Made by a program: the position numbers and the translations under genes. Below are positions 63,605 to 64,000 of a stretch of 64,000 bases of DNA, piece by piece. Source of the stretch: a virus (Duplodnaviria > Caudoviricetes); the IMG/VR virus record IMGVR_UViG_3300043748_000050, positions 1 to 64,000 of that record; one strand, 5' to 3'. Under the pieces are notes generated by a model. The model was given only the letters and a program-made list of their open reading frames with translations. It made no database searches and was not told the DNA's origin. Numbering within the stretch: position 1 is the first letter of the stretch; each line of letters opens with the position of its first letter.

Positions 63605-64000
63605 ATGACGACCACGCTGGAACGTCTGGCCACCGAGCCGAAGCACGACCCGTCCATTCTCCTGCCGAACGTGTGGGACGAGACGTTCCGCTGCATCGAT
63701 GTGCAGTGCCCGTGCGGCAGCACGACGCGGGTCCGCGACGGCGTCCTGACCACGCACGAACCGAAGTCGACGTGGGGCCTGAACGGTCAGCGGCACCCCG
63801 TGATCCGGGACGCGTACGGCGTCGGAGTCACCTGCCGCTACACCGGCCGGACCGTCACCCTCGCCGCCGCCCTGAAGCGCGACAACGTCCTGACCCCGGC
63901 CGAGGCGTACATCCGGGACACCACGCGGGCCCGGCTCGAAGCAGGCATCGCGGATACGGCTCCCGAGGGCTACGCCCTGCCGAAGCCGGTCGCCGCCCTG
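63605..64000 (+). CDS. Hypothetical protein, 3'-truncated
   Basis: ATG after promoter and leader motif; frame open to the window end. Confidence 0.65.
   Translation, partial: MTTTLERLATEPKHDPSILLPNVWDETFRCIDVQCPCGSTTRVRDGVLTTHEPKSTWGLNGQRHPVIRDAYGVGVTCRYTGRTVTLAAALKRDNVLTPAEAYIRDTTRARLEAGIADTAPEGYALPKPVAAL

Overview
High-GC (Streptomyces-like) temperate siphophage that also carries plasmid functions, probably a conjugative phage-plasmid. 1-18.9 kb (+): morphogenesis operon (capsid-associated protein, major tail, head-tail proteins, frameshifted tail chaperone, tape measure with lytic transglycosylase, tail proteins, holin-like genes, glycosyltransferase). 19-58 kb (mostly -): WhiB, ParA plus partner, many small genes in terminator-promoter-RBS cassettes, a sugar-modification cluster, TraB/TraA/Spd-like transfer genes, RuvC-like, SSB-like, exonuclease and helicase genes. 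59-63.5 kb (+): primase-helicase-PolA fusion. The strongest unexplained signal is an RNA layer. (i) GACCAAGGAA occurs about 33 times (counted by eye), nearly always just upstream of the RBS/start of a non-structural gene. (ii) A CCA-ending tRNA-shaped RNA (24332-24430, -) has its anticodon loop replaced by a hairpin displaying the exact antisense of that 10-mer. (iii) A second tRNA mimic has an expanded anticodon arm (51054-51151). (iv) Two type II hammerhead ribozymes end directly in the 10-mer. Together these suggest a tRNA-scaffolded guide RNA acting on a regulon of phage mRNA leaders (inference, untested). All calls are by eye; no searches were run.
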